From NCBI RefSeq assembly GCF_004365815.1, contig NZ_SODD01000013.1, forward strand, positions 18,978 to 50,977: a stretch of 32,000 nt of DNA, given 5' to 3'. Numbering within the stretch: the stretch's first letter is position 1; each line of letters begins with the position of its first letter. Shown here one piece after another: positions 24,776-32,000 of the stretch. The notes beneath the pieces are model-generated. The model saw nothing but the letters and a program-made list of their open reading frames with translations. It had not been told where the DNA came from and did not search any database. This stretch comes from Breznakia blatticola (lineage in GTDB: Bacteria; Bacillota_I; Bacilli_A; Erysipelotrichales; Erysipelotrichaceae). Position numbers and translations under genes: made by a program.

Positions 24776-25635
24776 TATTTCATAATATTCACAAACGTTT
24801 TTGTTTGTAGCATTTCTATTTCTTCTTTATATGGTGCATTTCCATCAATCCATGGAGTTTCAAGAATTTTCACTACATGGTCTACACGCGGATGATTGGC
24901 AATTTTACACAGTGTATCGAAACCAAGTTTTCCATGTCCTAGATTTGCATGTCGATCTTTCTTTGCACCTTTTTCATTCTTTGTATCATTTAAATGAATA
25001 CACACCAAACGTTCTAAACCAACAATGTCATCAAAGTGATCAAGTAATGCATCAAAGTCAGCTACATCATATCCAGCATCATGCATATGACATGTATCCA
25101 TACAAACACGTAACATCTTTTGATGTTTACAGTGATCAATGATGTATTTCAATTGTTCAAAAGTATAACCAAGTTCACTTCCCTTACCCGACATTGTTTC
25201 AAGTGCGATATACACATCCTCATTACCAAGCAGGGCTTCATCAAGTCCTTTTACGATTTGATCTAAACCGACATCTTCACCTGCTTTTACATGACTTCCC
25301 GGATGCAATACAAGGTATTTCGCACCAATTGCACGTACACGTTCAATTTCTTTTTGTAGGAATTCAACAGCAAGTTCATATGTATCTACTTTAAGCGTGT
25401 TGGCTAAATTGATGATATATGGTGCATGGACAATCATTTGTTCCATCGGTATTTGATGTTCATCCATTAAAGCTTTTGCTTCATCAATTTTCATTTTTTC
25501 AAGTGGTTGTCTACGTGTATTTTGAGGAGCACCTGTATAAATCATACAAGCATTTGCTTGATAGGACAAAGCTTCCTCAACACTTCCCAAAACAAAGTTT
25601 GGTGCTTTCATTGAAACATGAGAACCAATCTTCAT
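24775..25635 (-). CDS. nfo: Endonuclease IV (AP endonuclease)
   Basis: The sequence is MKIGSHVSM...YLVLHPGSH...CMDTCHMHDAGYD...HLNDTKN, a TIM-barrel AP endonuclease 2 pattern. The start overlaps the helicase stop. Confidence 0.95.
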   Translation of the reverse strand: MKIGSHVSMKAPNFVLGSVEEALSYQANACMIYTGAPQNTRRQPLEKMKIDEAKALMDEHQIPMEQMIVHAPYIINLANTLKVDTYELAVEFLQKEIERVRAIGAKYLVLHPGSHVKAGEDVGLDQIVKGLDEALLGNEDVYIALETMSGKGSELGYTFEQLKYIIDHCKHQKMLRVCMDTCHMHDAGYDVADFDALLDHFDDIVGLERLVCIHLNDTKNEKGAKKDRHANLGHGKLGFDTLCKIANHPRVDHVVKILETPWIDGNAPYKEEIEMLQTKTFVNIMK

Positions 25636-26990
25636 TATTCTTCACTTCTTGACGCAATTTGGCGCGCTTTCGCTTTCTCTTTTGCTTGTTTTTTTATTTC
25701 TGTTTGAATCAATGAACGCTTGTGTTTACGTTTTAATTTTGCAACCTGGATTTTTTGTTTTTTCTTATATCCTGGTTTTACTTTTTGTTTTTTGTTTTTT
25801 ACAATCTTAGCAATTTCTTTTTCCAATGGATCATCGTTACGTTTACGTTTATAAAAAATCGGCTTTAATTCACTTAACTCATTTCCAACTACGCGGTAAT
25901 GGTCAAAATGAATTCCTCTTTGTTGAAGGATTCGAATTGCAGCTTCGTCTTTTTCATTATAAAGGGCATAACAAATCCCTTGTTTCCCAGCACGACCTGT
26001 ACGACCTGCTCTATGAATATAGAAATCAATTTCTTTTGGGAATCCAAGTGAGATGACATGACTTACCCCTTCAATATCCATACCACGTGCTGCAATATCA
26101 CTAGCAACGATGTAATTGTGTTTACCTAATTCAATATCCTTCATCGCAGAACGACGCTCACGACTTGTTAAATCACCATGTAGTTCAATAACACCATACC
26201 CTGCACTACGCATCGTTTCTGTTGCTTCACTTGCCTCTTGTCTTGTATTGGCAAAAATCAAACATAAGTATGGATGGAATGTTGGTAATAGTTTTAACAG
26301 CATCGCACTATAACTATGATGCTTACAAGGAATCAAAATATGATCGATTCTTGGTTTGAACTTCTTATCCACTTTGATATCAATTGTTTCTGGTTGATGC
26401 ATGTATTTCTTTAAAAACAAACGAAGTTGTTCAGGTACTGTTGCACTAAATGACATCATTTGTACTTTACGCATACGCGAACAAATTTGATCAATGTCTT
26501 CTAAGAATCCATATTCCAATGTCATATCTGCTTCATCGACTACAAACATTTTAGCAGTTTGTAATAATAAACTTTGTTCATTCAAAAACAAGTCTTTTAA
26601 ACGTCCCGGCGTACCAATAACAACATGAGGTTGATTACGCAATTGCGCACTCATTTTACTTTTTTCAGTTCCCCCTGTAATTAATTTAATACGAATACGT
26701 TTGTTGACTTTTTGCATGTCCAACGCTTTTGTATAAATTTGTAAAGCTAGTTCTCGTGTTGGTGCACTTACAACTGCTTGCACTTCATTTTTCTCAACAT
26801 TGATTTGATTGAAAATAGGAATTAAAAATGCATGGGTTTTCCCAGTTCCCGTTTGTGAGACACCAATTATATCTTTTCCTTTTAATGCTAAAGGAATTAC
26901 TTTTTCTTGTATCATGGTTGGTTCTTGAAAATGATTGTTTTCAATAAAACTAAGAACATCTCCTTGTAACTTTAAATCTGCAAATTTCAT
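25635..26990 (-). CDS. cshB: DEAD-box ATP-dependent RNA helicase with Lys-rich C-terminal tail (CshB-like)
   Basis: The protein has a Q motif (FQEPTMIQ), motif I SQTGTGKTHAF, PTRELA, DEAD as VVDEAD, SAT and HRAGRTGRAG. The ATG at 26990 has a GAGGTG RBS 7 nt upstream. The helicase-nfo pairing matches B. subtilis yqfR-yqfS. Confidence 0.9.
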   Translation of the reverse strand: MKFADLKLQGDVLSFIENNHFQEPTMIQEKVIPLALKGKDIIGVSQTGTGKTHAFLIPIFNQINVEKNEVQAVVSAPTRELALQIYTKALDMQKVNKRIRIKLITGGTEKSKMSAQLRNQPHVVIGTPGRLKDLFLNEQSLLLQTAKMFVVDEADMTLEYGFLEDIDQICSRMRKVQMMSFSATVPEQLRLFLKKYMHQPETIDIKVDKKFKPRIDHILIPCKHHSYSAMLLKLLPTFHPYLCLIFANTRQEASEATETMRSAGYGVIELHGDLTSRERRSAMKDIELGKHNYIVASDIAARGMDIEGVSHVISLGFPKEIDFYIHRAGRTGRAGKQGICYALYNEKDEAAIRILQQRGIHFDHYRVVGNELSELKPIFYKRKRNDDPLEKEIAKIVKNKKQKVKPGYKKKQKIQVAKLKRKHKRSLIQTEIKKQAKEKAKARQIASRSEE

Positions 26991-27023
26991 TAATTTACAC
27001 CTCGTTTCTACTCTTGCTAATTC

Positions 27024-27032
27024 ATTATAACA
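27024..27032 (-). promoter_or_regulatory. Candidate extended -10 promoter for cshB-nfo
   Basis: The minus strand reads TGtTATAAT about 33 nt upstream of the ATG at 26990. No good -35 is present. Confidence 0.35.
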
Positions 27033-27062
27033 CATGTGTTCATGCGAAAAAAAAGCAATAGG

Positions 27063-27091
27063 GTTACATTTTAACACAAAGTCGTTATAAT
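27063..27091 (+). promoter_or_regulatory. Candidate sigma-A promoter of ispH, placed so that the mRNA would be leaderless
   Basis: GTTACA (27063-27068), 17 nt, TATAAT (27086-27091). The ispH ATG begins at 27098, only 6 nt after the -10, and there is no Shine-Dalgarno sequence. Confidence 0.5.
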
Positions 27092-27097
27092 GTAGAC

Positions 27098-27991
27098 ATG
27101 GAAATTATAAAAGTTAGCCCTAGAGGGTATTGTAAAGGCGTTGTACGCGCAATTCAAATCGCTAAAGATACTGCAAAAGCATATCCAGATACACCAATTT
27201 ATATCTTAGGTATGCTCGTACACAACACATATGTGAAAGACGCTTTGAAAAACTTAGACATTATCACACTTGAAGGTGATAATCGAGAAGAACTGCTTAA
27301 TCAAATTGACACAGGTATTGTGATTTTTACAGCACATGGTATTAGTGATACCATTCGAAATAAAGCAATAGAAAAAGGCCTTCATGTAATTGATGCTACT
27401 TGTCCAGATGTCAAACGTACGCAAGATCTTGTTGATAAGCATGTGGCAGATGGATATGAAGTCTTATACATTGGAAAAGCAAATCACCCTGAAGCAATGG
27501 CCGTAGTAGATGGAAATCCAAAAATACATTTGATCACAAGTATAGAAGATATCAAACAAGTACACATTACTTCAAAAGTATTTGTGACCAATCAAACAAC
27601 TATGTCAATTTTCGAAGTCGCTGACATTTTTAAACAAATCAAAAGTAACTATCCACAAGCGGTATTTGCTGAGGAAATTTGTAATGCAACAAGAGTGCGA
27701 CAAGAAGCAATCGCAAATTTAAAAGATGTAGACACCTTATTGATTGTTGGAGATCGTTCAAGTAACAACTCAAAACGTTTAGCAGATATTGGTAGACAAA
27801 ATCACATTGACCGTGTATATCTTGTCAATGATGTCTTAGATGTGCAAGCACTTGATTTATCAAGTAGCAAGGTTGTTGCAGTATCTTCTGGTGCAAGTAC
27901 TCCAACCTATCTAACCAATCAAGTAATTCAGTATCTTGAAAACCCAGAAATAAAAGTAGACGCTATCGATATATCTTGTATCTTAGGATAA
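27098..27991 (+). CDS. ispH: 4-hydroxy-3-methylbut-2-enyl diphosphate reductase, MEP pathway
   Basis: MEIIKVSPRGYCKGVVRAI is the LytB N-terminus with Cys1. Further motifs are DATCPDV (Cys2), ICNATRVRQ (Cys3) and SSNNSKRL. Confidence 0.95.
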   Translation: MEIIKVSPRGYCKGVVRAIQIAKDTAKAYPDTPIYILGMLVHNTYVKDALKNLDIITLEGDNREELLNQIDTGIVIFTAHGISDTIRNKAIEKGLHVIDATCPDVKRTQDLVDKHVADGYEVLYIGKANHPEAMAVVDGNPKIHLITSIEDIKQVHITSKVFVTNQTTMSIFEVADIFKQIKSNYPQAVFAEEICNATRVRQEAIANLKDVDTLLIVGDRSSNNSKRLADIGRQNHIDRVYLVNDVLDVQALDLSSSKVVAVSSGASTPTYLTNQVIQYLENPEIKVDAIDISCILG

Positions 27992-27993
27992 AG

Positions 27994-28034
27994 AAAGCTG
28001 TATGTATTTGAATATCAAATACGTACAGCTTTTT
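27994..28034. terminator. Bidirectional terminator between convergent ispH and the ABC permease gene
   Basis: A long hairpin AAGCTGTA-t-GTATTTGA-ata-TCAAATAC-g-TACAGCTT is followed by TTTTT on the plus strand and flanked by AAAGAAAG (a U-rich tract on the minus-strand transcript). Confidence 0.7.
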
Positions 28035-28813
28035 TACATGATATCTAATGTAGCATCAACTTGTGCCTTGCGCATAAAATACTGATATAAAATGATTCCA
28101 ATCAAAAACAGCATACATGTATACACAAATTCTTGTATAAGTAATGGTACAATCATCTGAAATTGCGCACCCTGAACAAGTAAGTCAATAGCTTGTAATC
28201 CTCGCGTTACTGGTAAGGCATATGCTACATATTGAAGTACTGTTGGTAGCTTTGCTACATCTATATTTGCACCACATAAAAAAAGCATACTCATCGATAT
28301 TACATTTAGTAGCATGTTGATATCACTTACAACCAAACAAATACTACTTAGTACATAACCAAGTGCAACACATGCAATCATAGAGACAAAAATACATAAT
28401 AAAATCTCCATTAATGGATACTCAATGATTTGCACTTGAAATAAAAGTTGTCCAACCACTAAACCAAATAGTGCAGTTAGTACTGCTTCAAACACATAGC
28501 ATATTCCTTTTTCTAAAAAGATCGATAATGGATGTTTTGTTGAAGCAACAATGAGTCGTAGTACTCCTTGATAACGATCTCGAATGTACATAATCCCCAA
28601 ATCACCAAAGGTACCAAATGTACAGATAAGCATTGCATTACCAACCACCGTAATTGGTAATCGCTGTATTCCTCCAGTATACGTGGCAAGTAATGTAAAA
28701 AACAACATTTGCATCACTGGAGAGATAATTTTAATGAGTAAAAATGTTTCTATATCTAAATAAGAGTAGTTACTTTTGAAAGATAGCCAGGTAATTTTAC
28801 ATATACGTTTCAT
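28034..28813 (-). CDS. ABC-2 type transporter permease (second of two)
   Basis: This 259-aa protein has about 6 hydrophobic spans. It is translationally coupled to the upstream permease gene (the stop and start codons overlap by 1 nt). Confidence 0.8.
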   Translation of the reverse strand: MKRICKITWLSFKSNYSYLDIETFLLIKIISPVMQMLFFTLLATYTGGIQRLPITVVGNAMLICTFGTFGDLGIMYIRDRYQGVLRLIVASTKHPLSIFLEKGICYVFEAVLTALFGLVVGQLLFQVQIIEYPLMEILLCIFVSMIACVALGYVLSSICLVVSDINMLLNVISMSMLFLCGANIDVAKLPTVLQYVAYALPVTRGLQAIDLLVQGAQFQMIVPLLIQEFVYTCMLFLIGIILYQYFMRKAQVDATLDIM

Positions 28814-29586
28814 TAAAACACCTCCAAAGATGCATGTTTTCGTACATGCTTATCCATTTGTATGAATAGAATATAACCAATGATAAAATATACTAGACTA
28901 AGTCCAACAAGGATCATAATCTTATAGATAAATTGCTGCATATCTGGTATAGATAATACACTTTCTCGTAAAATATCAACTGCATATGTAGGAAGTAATA
29001 ATTTAGAGATTGGCTGTATCCAGTCTGGTAATACAGAAATTGGAAATGCCATGCCACATAAAATAAAAATTGGATACTCTAAACAATTCATAAGCGTCCC
29101 ACCCTTTTTGGAGATTGTAAAGACTGCTGCAAAAATAAAAGCAACAGCCACAAAGGCTAAAATCACAAGTGGAACGATAGCTAAAAATAATAATGGATGT
29201 GCAATGGTAAATGGACTTTGAAAAATAAATGTTGCCACTATATATGAAATCACAAATGGAAATAAGCCAATGCACGTATTCCCTAGGATTTTTGCTATCA
29301 CAATTTTTGTAAAGTTTGTTGGCGATGCAAATAGATATGGGAGTGTACTCATCCAACGCTCTCTATCGATATCTCCTGCACTAGAAAAAACAATACAACT
29401 CCAAAACGATAACAAACCTGAACCCAAAACTACATAAGCACCAAAATTCGTTTCCTTAGTTTGCTTAAACAAAAAGTATGTAATGCATGTGTAGATAATT
29501 GGTTGTACAAGCATCGTAAACTGAAACATCTTTCGTGCAAAAGAGTTTTTCATTTGCACAATCATTGTTTGTGTAATACTTCTCAT
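28813..29586 (-). CDS. ABC-2 type transporter permease (first of two)
   Basis: This 257-aa protein has about 6 hydrophobic spans. Its start overlaps the ATPase stop (ATGA). Confidence 0.8.
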   Translation of the reverse strand: MRSITQTMIVQMKNSFARKMFQFTMLVQPIIYTCITYFLFKQTKETNFGAYVVLGSGLLSFWSCIVFSSAGDIDRERWMSTLPYLFASPTNFTKIVIAKILGNTCIGLFPFVISYIVATFIFQSPFTIAHPLLFLAIVPLVILAFVAVAFIFAAVFTISKKGGTLMNCLEYPIFILCGMAFPISVLPDWIQPISKLLLPTYAVDILRESVLSIPDMQQFIYKIMILVGLSLVYFIIGYILFIQMDKHVRKHASLEVF

Positions 29587-30548
29587 ATGTTTTCCTCAAT
29601 TATACGAATGTATACATCTTCAAGTGAATCCTCTTTTTGTTGGAAACCAAGCAAACCATAATTTGTTAACTGTTTTATAAAATTATCTCGTACAACCATA
29701 TTTTGTAACTTTACATGCAGTTGAATGACTCCTTGTTTTTGAATACACGATTGGATTTCTATGTCATGTGCTTGTTGCCATGTTATAAGTTGTGTTTCTG
29801 GTAGTTCTTTTATAGTGGCTTCAATTTCAATTACATCGCGAATCTGCTTTTTTAAATTCACTGGAGTATCTAATGCTATAATTTTACCTTCTTTAATAAT
29901 CGCAATTCGATCACTTAATATGTCTGCTTCATTCATATCATGTGTTGTTAGTAAAATTGTTGTACCTGCTTGCTTTAACTTTTGAATGATATTTCTTAAA
30001 TCTCTAGCGCCGATTGGATCTAATCCTAAAGTTGGTTCATCTAAAAATAATACTTTTGGATTATTGATTAAGCCTCTTGCAATTTGTAATCGTTGAATCA
30101 TCCCTTTCGAATAGGTTTCAACTTTTTGATCTTTTGCCTCCATCAAGCCAACGAGTTCAAGTAACTGGTTTACTCGTTTTGTATCACTTGTACAATCGAT
30201 ATGATATAGCGAAGCAAAGTAGATAAGATTTTCCTTACCTGTAAGTCTTCGATACACACCTGATTCCCCACCAAAAATAAAATTGATATGTTCTCTAATT
30301 TGCTTTGCTTCTAAGTAACAATCCTTACCTAATACAGTTGCTTTTCCACTTGTAGGCGCTAGCAGCGTTGATAATATTTTAATTGTTGTAGTTTTCCCTG
30401 CTCCATTTGGTCCCAGCAAAGCAAACACTTCCCCCTTATTCACTTCAAAACTTATGCCATCAACAGCAACTTTATCTGTTTTTGTTTTGTGTATAATACC
30501 TTTTTTACGTGTAAATACTCTTGTTAGTTTTTCTACTTGTATTTGCAT
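29583..30548 (-). CDS. ABC transporter ATP-binding protein, DrrA/ABC-2 exporter type with C-terminal accessory domain
   Basis: The protein has Walker A GPNGAGKTT, Q-loop, signature variant YSKGMIQRL, Walker B VLFLDEPT and H-loop TTHDM, plus a ~90-aa C-terminal extension. An AAGGGGGA RBS is present. Confidence 0.93.
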   Translation of the reverse strand: MQIQVEKLTRVFTRKKGIIHKTKTDKVAVDGISFEVNKGEVFALLGPNGAGKTTTIKILSTLLAPTSGKATVLGKDCYLEAKQIREHINFIFGGESGVYRRLTGKENLIYFASLYHIDCTSDTKRVNQLLELVGLMEAKDQKVETYSKGMIQRLQIARGLINNPKVLFLDEPTLGLDPIGARDLRNIIQKLKQAGTTILLTTHDMNEADILSDRIAIIKEGKIIALDTPVNLKKQIRDVIEIEATIKELPETQLITWQQAHDIEIQSCIQKQGVIQLHVKLQNMVVRDNFIKQLTNYGLLGFQQKEDSLEDVYIRIIEENI

Positions 30549-30593
30549 ATAATTCCCCCTTTGTCATTGATCGTATCATCATTCAAAAAGGTT

Positions 30594-30629
30594 AAACAAA
30601 AACTGATGATTATACTAAATTCATCAGTT
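30594..30629 (-). terminator. Rho-independent terminator after the regulator gene, upstream of the ABC operon
   Basis: The minus strand reads AACTGATGA-atttagtataa-TCATCAGTT (9-bp perfect stem) followed by TTTGTTT. The loop contains TATAAT, a possible -10 for the ABC operon. Confidence 0.55.
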
Positions 30630-30643
30630 CTTTTACTTATTTA

Positions 30644-31879
30644 TTAAAATTCGTCAATTTTACTTAGAAATTGTTCGAGTTTTACATAATGTTTTGTCAT
30701 ACGCACATTTTTTCGTAATTCTTTTAATACCAAGTCATGCATATATTCCATCTTCATGATTTTGGGACATGAAAGTTCTTTTAAAATATAGTCTTCACGT
30801 TTTCCATAATCTTTTGGATCCAAAGTAAAATATGTATAGATTGCACGCTGTTGCTCACTTAGTTTATCATAAACCATAGGGTCCACTTGGATTAATGAGT
30901 CTGTTTTATGTAAACAATAAAAATAATAACTCAATATGTATGTCATCATATTCGGATCAAGTCGTAAACATTCTTCAAATATCGTCTTTGCTTTTTCATA
31001 TGAAGCTGTACGATTGTACATTTTCCCCAAGAAATACAGATAACTTTTCCTTGCATGATTAGGCAATTCATAAGTTGTAAACATGTACTCAATTTCATCT
31101 ATAAGTGCTTCATTTGCAATCCCTAATACGTTGTTATATTTTAGTCGATATTCTTTTAGTTCTAGTAAGCGATAATAATTCTTTTGTTTAGTAAATACAT
31201 CCATCAGTTTTTGATACATTGCATCCACCTTATCAAGGTGTACTTGATTATCAATATAATAATACATACGAGAGACTTGCTCCAAAGGATGATCCTGTAA
31301 TGTATCTATAAAATCTTCAGTCTTGTGTGTTTGATGCGTAATAATCAAATAATTATAAATTGCAGTTAGCAACATTTTTTGTATCCACTGTGGATATATA
31401 TCATAAAGTGTATACACACATTCCATTTGTGTTGCATCTACAATTGAATGTTTTACACGCATCATTTCATGAATCATACGAAGTACATATGCAAGTTCTT
31501 TTTCATATGCATCATTTGTATTAAAGGTAGCTAATAGATGCGTAATCATACTTGCTACTGCATCATAATCTCCATACATATACGTTTCAAGTATTTGCAT
31601 GCCACTTTTCGTAAATTCTTTTTTATACACAATAGATGTAGATTGATATGTAAGATTCAACTTTCGTAATAGTTCAAGATAAATATCTTCATTTTTAACA
31701 GGAATGTCATTTGTCAGTTTACGATACGTCGTCGGTGAACATATCGTAATCAATTCTCCTTGCACAAGGCGTGATGAAAAGTATTCTTTTGCATATTGTT
31801 TATCTTTCGTTCCAGCAAAAAGTACATTTCGATGATATTCAATAATTTTACCCAAATATAACTTTGTTTGATGATTCAT
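30644..31879 (-). CDS. HTH (XRE-like) + TPR-repeat transcriptional regulator, RRNPP/NprR-like architecture
   Basis: The N-terminus LGKIIEYHR...ITICSPTTYRKLTNDIPVKNEDIYLELLRKLNL resembles the 'CSPSTLSRIE...LL..L' HTH of peptide-sensing regulators. The rest is helical with a clear TPR unit YLYFLGKMYNRTASYEKAKTIFEECLRLDPN. The protein is 411 aa. There is no obvious Shine-Dalgarno sequence before the ATG. Confidence 0.7.
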   Translation of the reverse strand: MNHQTKLYLGKIIEYHRNVLFAGTKDKQYAKEYFSSRLVQGELITICSPTTYRKLTNDIPVKNEDIYLELLRKLNLTYQSTSIVYKKEFTKSGMQILETYMYGDYDAVASMITHLLATFNTNDAYEKELAYVLRMIHEMMRVKHSIVDATQMECVYTLYDIYPQWIQKMLLTAIYNYLIITHQTHKTEDFIDTLQDHPLEQVSRMYYYIDNQVHLDKVDAMYQKLMDVFTKQKNYYRLLELKEYRLKYNNVLGIANEALIDEIEYMFTTYELPNHARKSYLYFLGKMYNRTASYEKAKTIFEECLRLDPNMMTYILSYYFYCLHKTDSLIQVDPMVYDKLSEQQRAIYTYFTLDPKDYGKREDYILKELSCPKIMKMEYMHDLVLKELRKNVRMTKHYVKLEQFLSKIDEF

Positions 31880-31924
31880 GTGTATAGTGTAGCATAAACC
31901 AACATTAAAAAGTAGGCGACTGAA

Positions 31925-32000
31925 TTACTTCAATCGCCCCTTATCAAACCGTACGTACGCTACTAACGTATACGGCTTTCCAACATGTTTCGACAGTTTA
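31925..32000 (-). CDS. Possible 3' end of an unidentified gene that continues beyond the window
   Basis: One minus-strand frame is open from the window edge (...KLSKHVGKPYTLVAYVRFDKGRLK*), while the other two contain stops. A weak hairpin GGCGA...TCGCC plus TTTTT follows. The fragment is too short to identify. Confidence 0.25.
   Translation of the reverse strand, partial: KLSKHVGKPYTLVAYVRFDKGRLK

Noticed and set aside
27029-27040. Perfect 12-bp palindrome AACACATGTGTT between the divergent cshB and ispH promoters
   Set aside because: Several perfect 12-bp palindromes are expected by chance in 32 kb of AT-rich DNA. It has no second copy or flanking symmetry. I noted it only as a possible operator.
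29003-29356. 117-aa minus-strand ORF inside the first ABC-2 permease gene
   Set aside because: It is an alternative frame of a coherent membrane-protein gene, with Cys/Tyr/Ile-rich nonsense composition typical of off-frame AT-rich sequence.
30606-30647. 13-codon plus-strand ORF (MIILNSSVLLLIY) convergent with the regulator, considered as a possible SHP/XIP-like signalling peptide
   Set aside because: It has no Shine-Dalgarno sequence and no basic N-terminus. It lies inside the terminator hairpin and is shorter than known RRNPP pro-peptides. It is only worth revisiting if conserved in homologous loci.
1-32000. Checked for CRISPR arrays, tRNA/rRNA genes, IS elements/transposases, integrase-flanked islands, toxin-antitoxin pairs and UGA-as-Trp recoding
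   Set aside because: No direct-repeat/spacer arrays or tRNA-like cloverleaf candidates were noticed. The only recombinase is the core xerC. All conserved genes are full length under the standard code, so there is no sign of code 4 or frameshifts.

Overview
This is a low-GC Bacillota chromosome segment made up almost entirely of core housekeeping genes, most of them on the minus strand. From memory, the gene order parallels two Bacillus subtilis regions. The first block (16830 down to 4992) is rpsP, KH-domain gene (ylqC-like), rimM, trmD, rplS, lepB, rbgA (ylqF), rnhB, dprA (smf), topA, trmFO (gid), xerC (codV), rpsB, tsf. The second block (27991 down to 16895) is ispH, cshB-like helicase, nfo, ispG, class B PBP, rpmG, MBL hydrolase (yqgX-like), then a complete comGA-to-comGG competence pseudopilus operon. 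The rpmG gene (49 aa) is absent from the ORF track. I saw no rRNA, tRNA, CRISPR array, IS element or prophage genes. There are three non-core pieces. (1) At the left edge is an Mrp/NBP35 ATPase fused to a NifB/NifX-type domain with a His-rich tail. (2) A 1087-aa VWA-domain wall-anchored adhesin has an atypical sorting signal and lies behind a long leader containing a triple 9-mer hairpin/operator arrangement. (3) At the right edge is a 411-aa HTH+TPR (RRNPP/NprR-like) regulator next to a three-gene ABC-2 exporter. Several track ORFs needed start-codon trimming (rplS, rimM, rnhB, ispG, cshB, comGA, comGB, comGC, ComGE-like). I mapped many intrinsic terminators and TGn-extended -10 promoters by eye, including two possibly leaderless genes (ispH, lepB). 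I do not see a clear-cut new multi-gene system. The best candidates for follow-up are the adhesin leader and the orphan regulator/exporter pair. All function calls rest on motif recognition and gene order; no database search was run.
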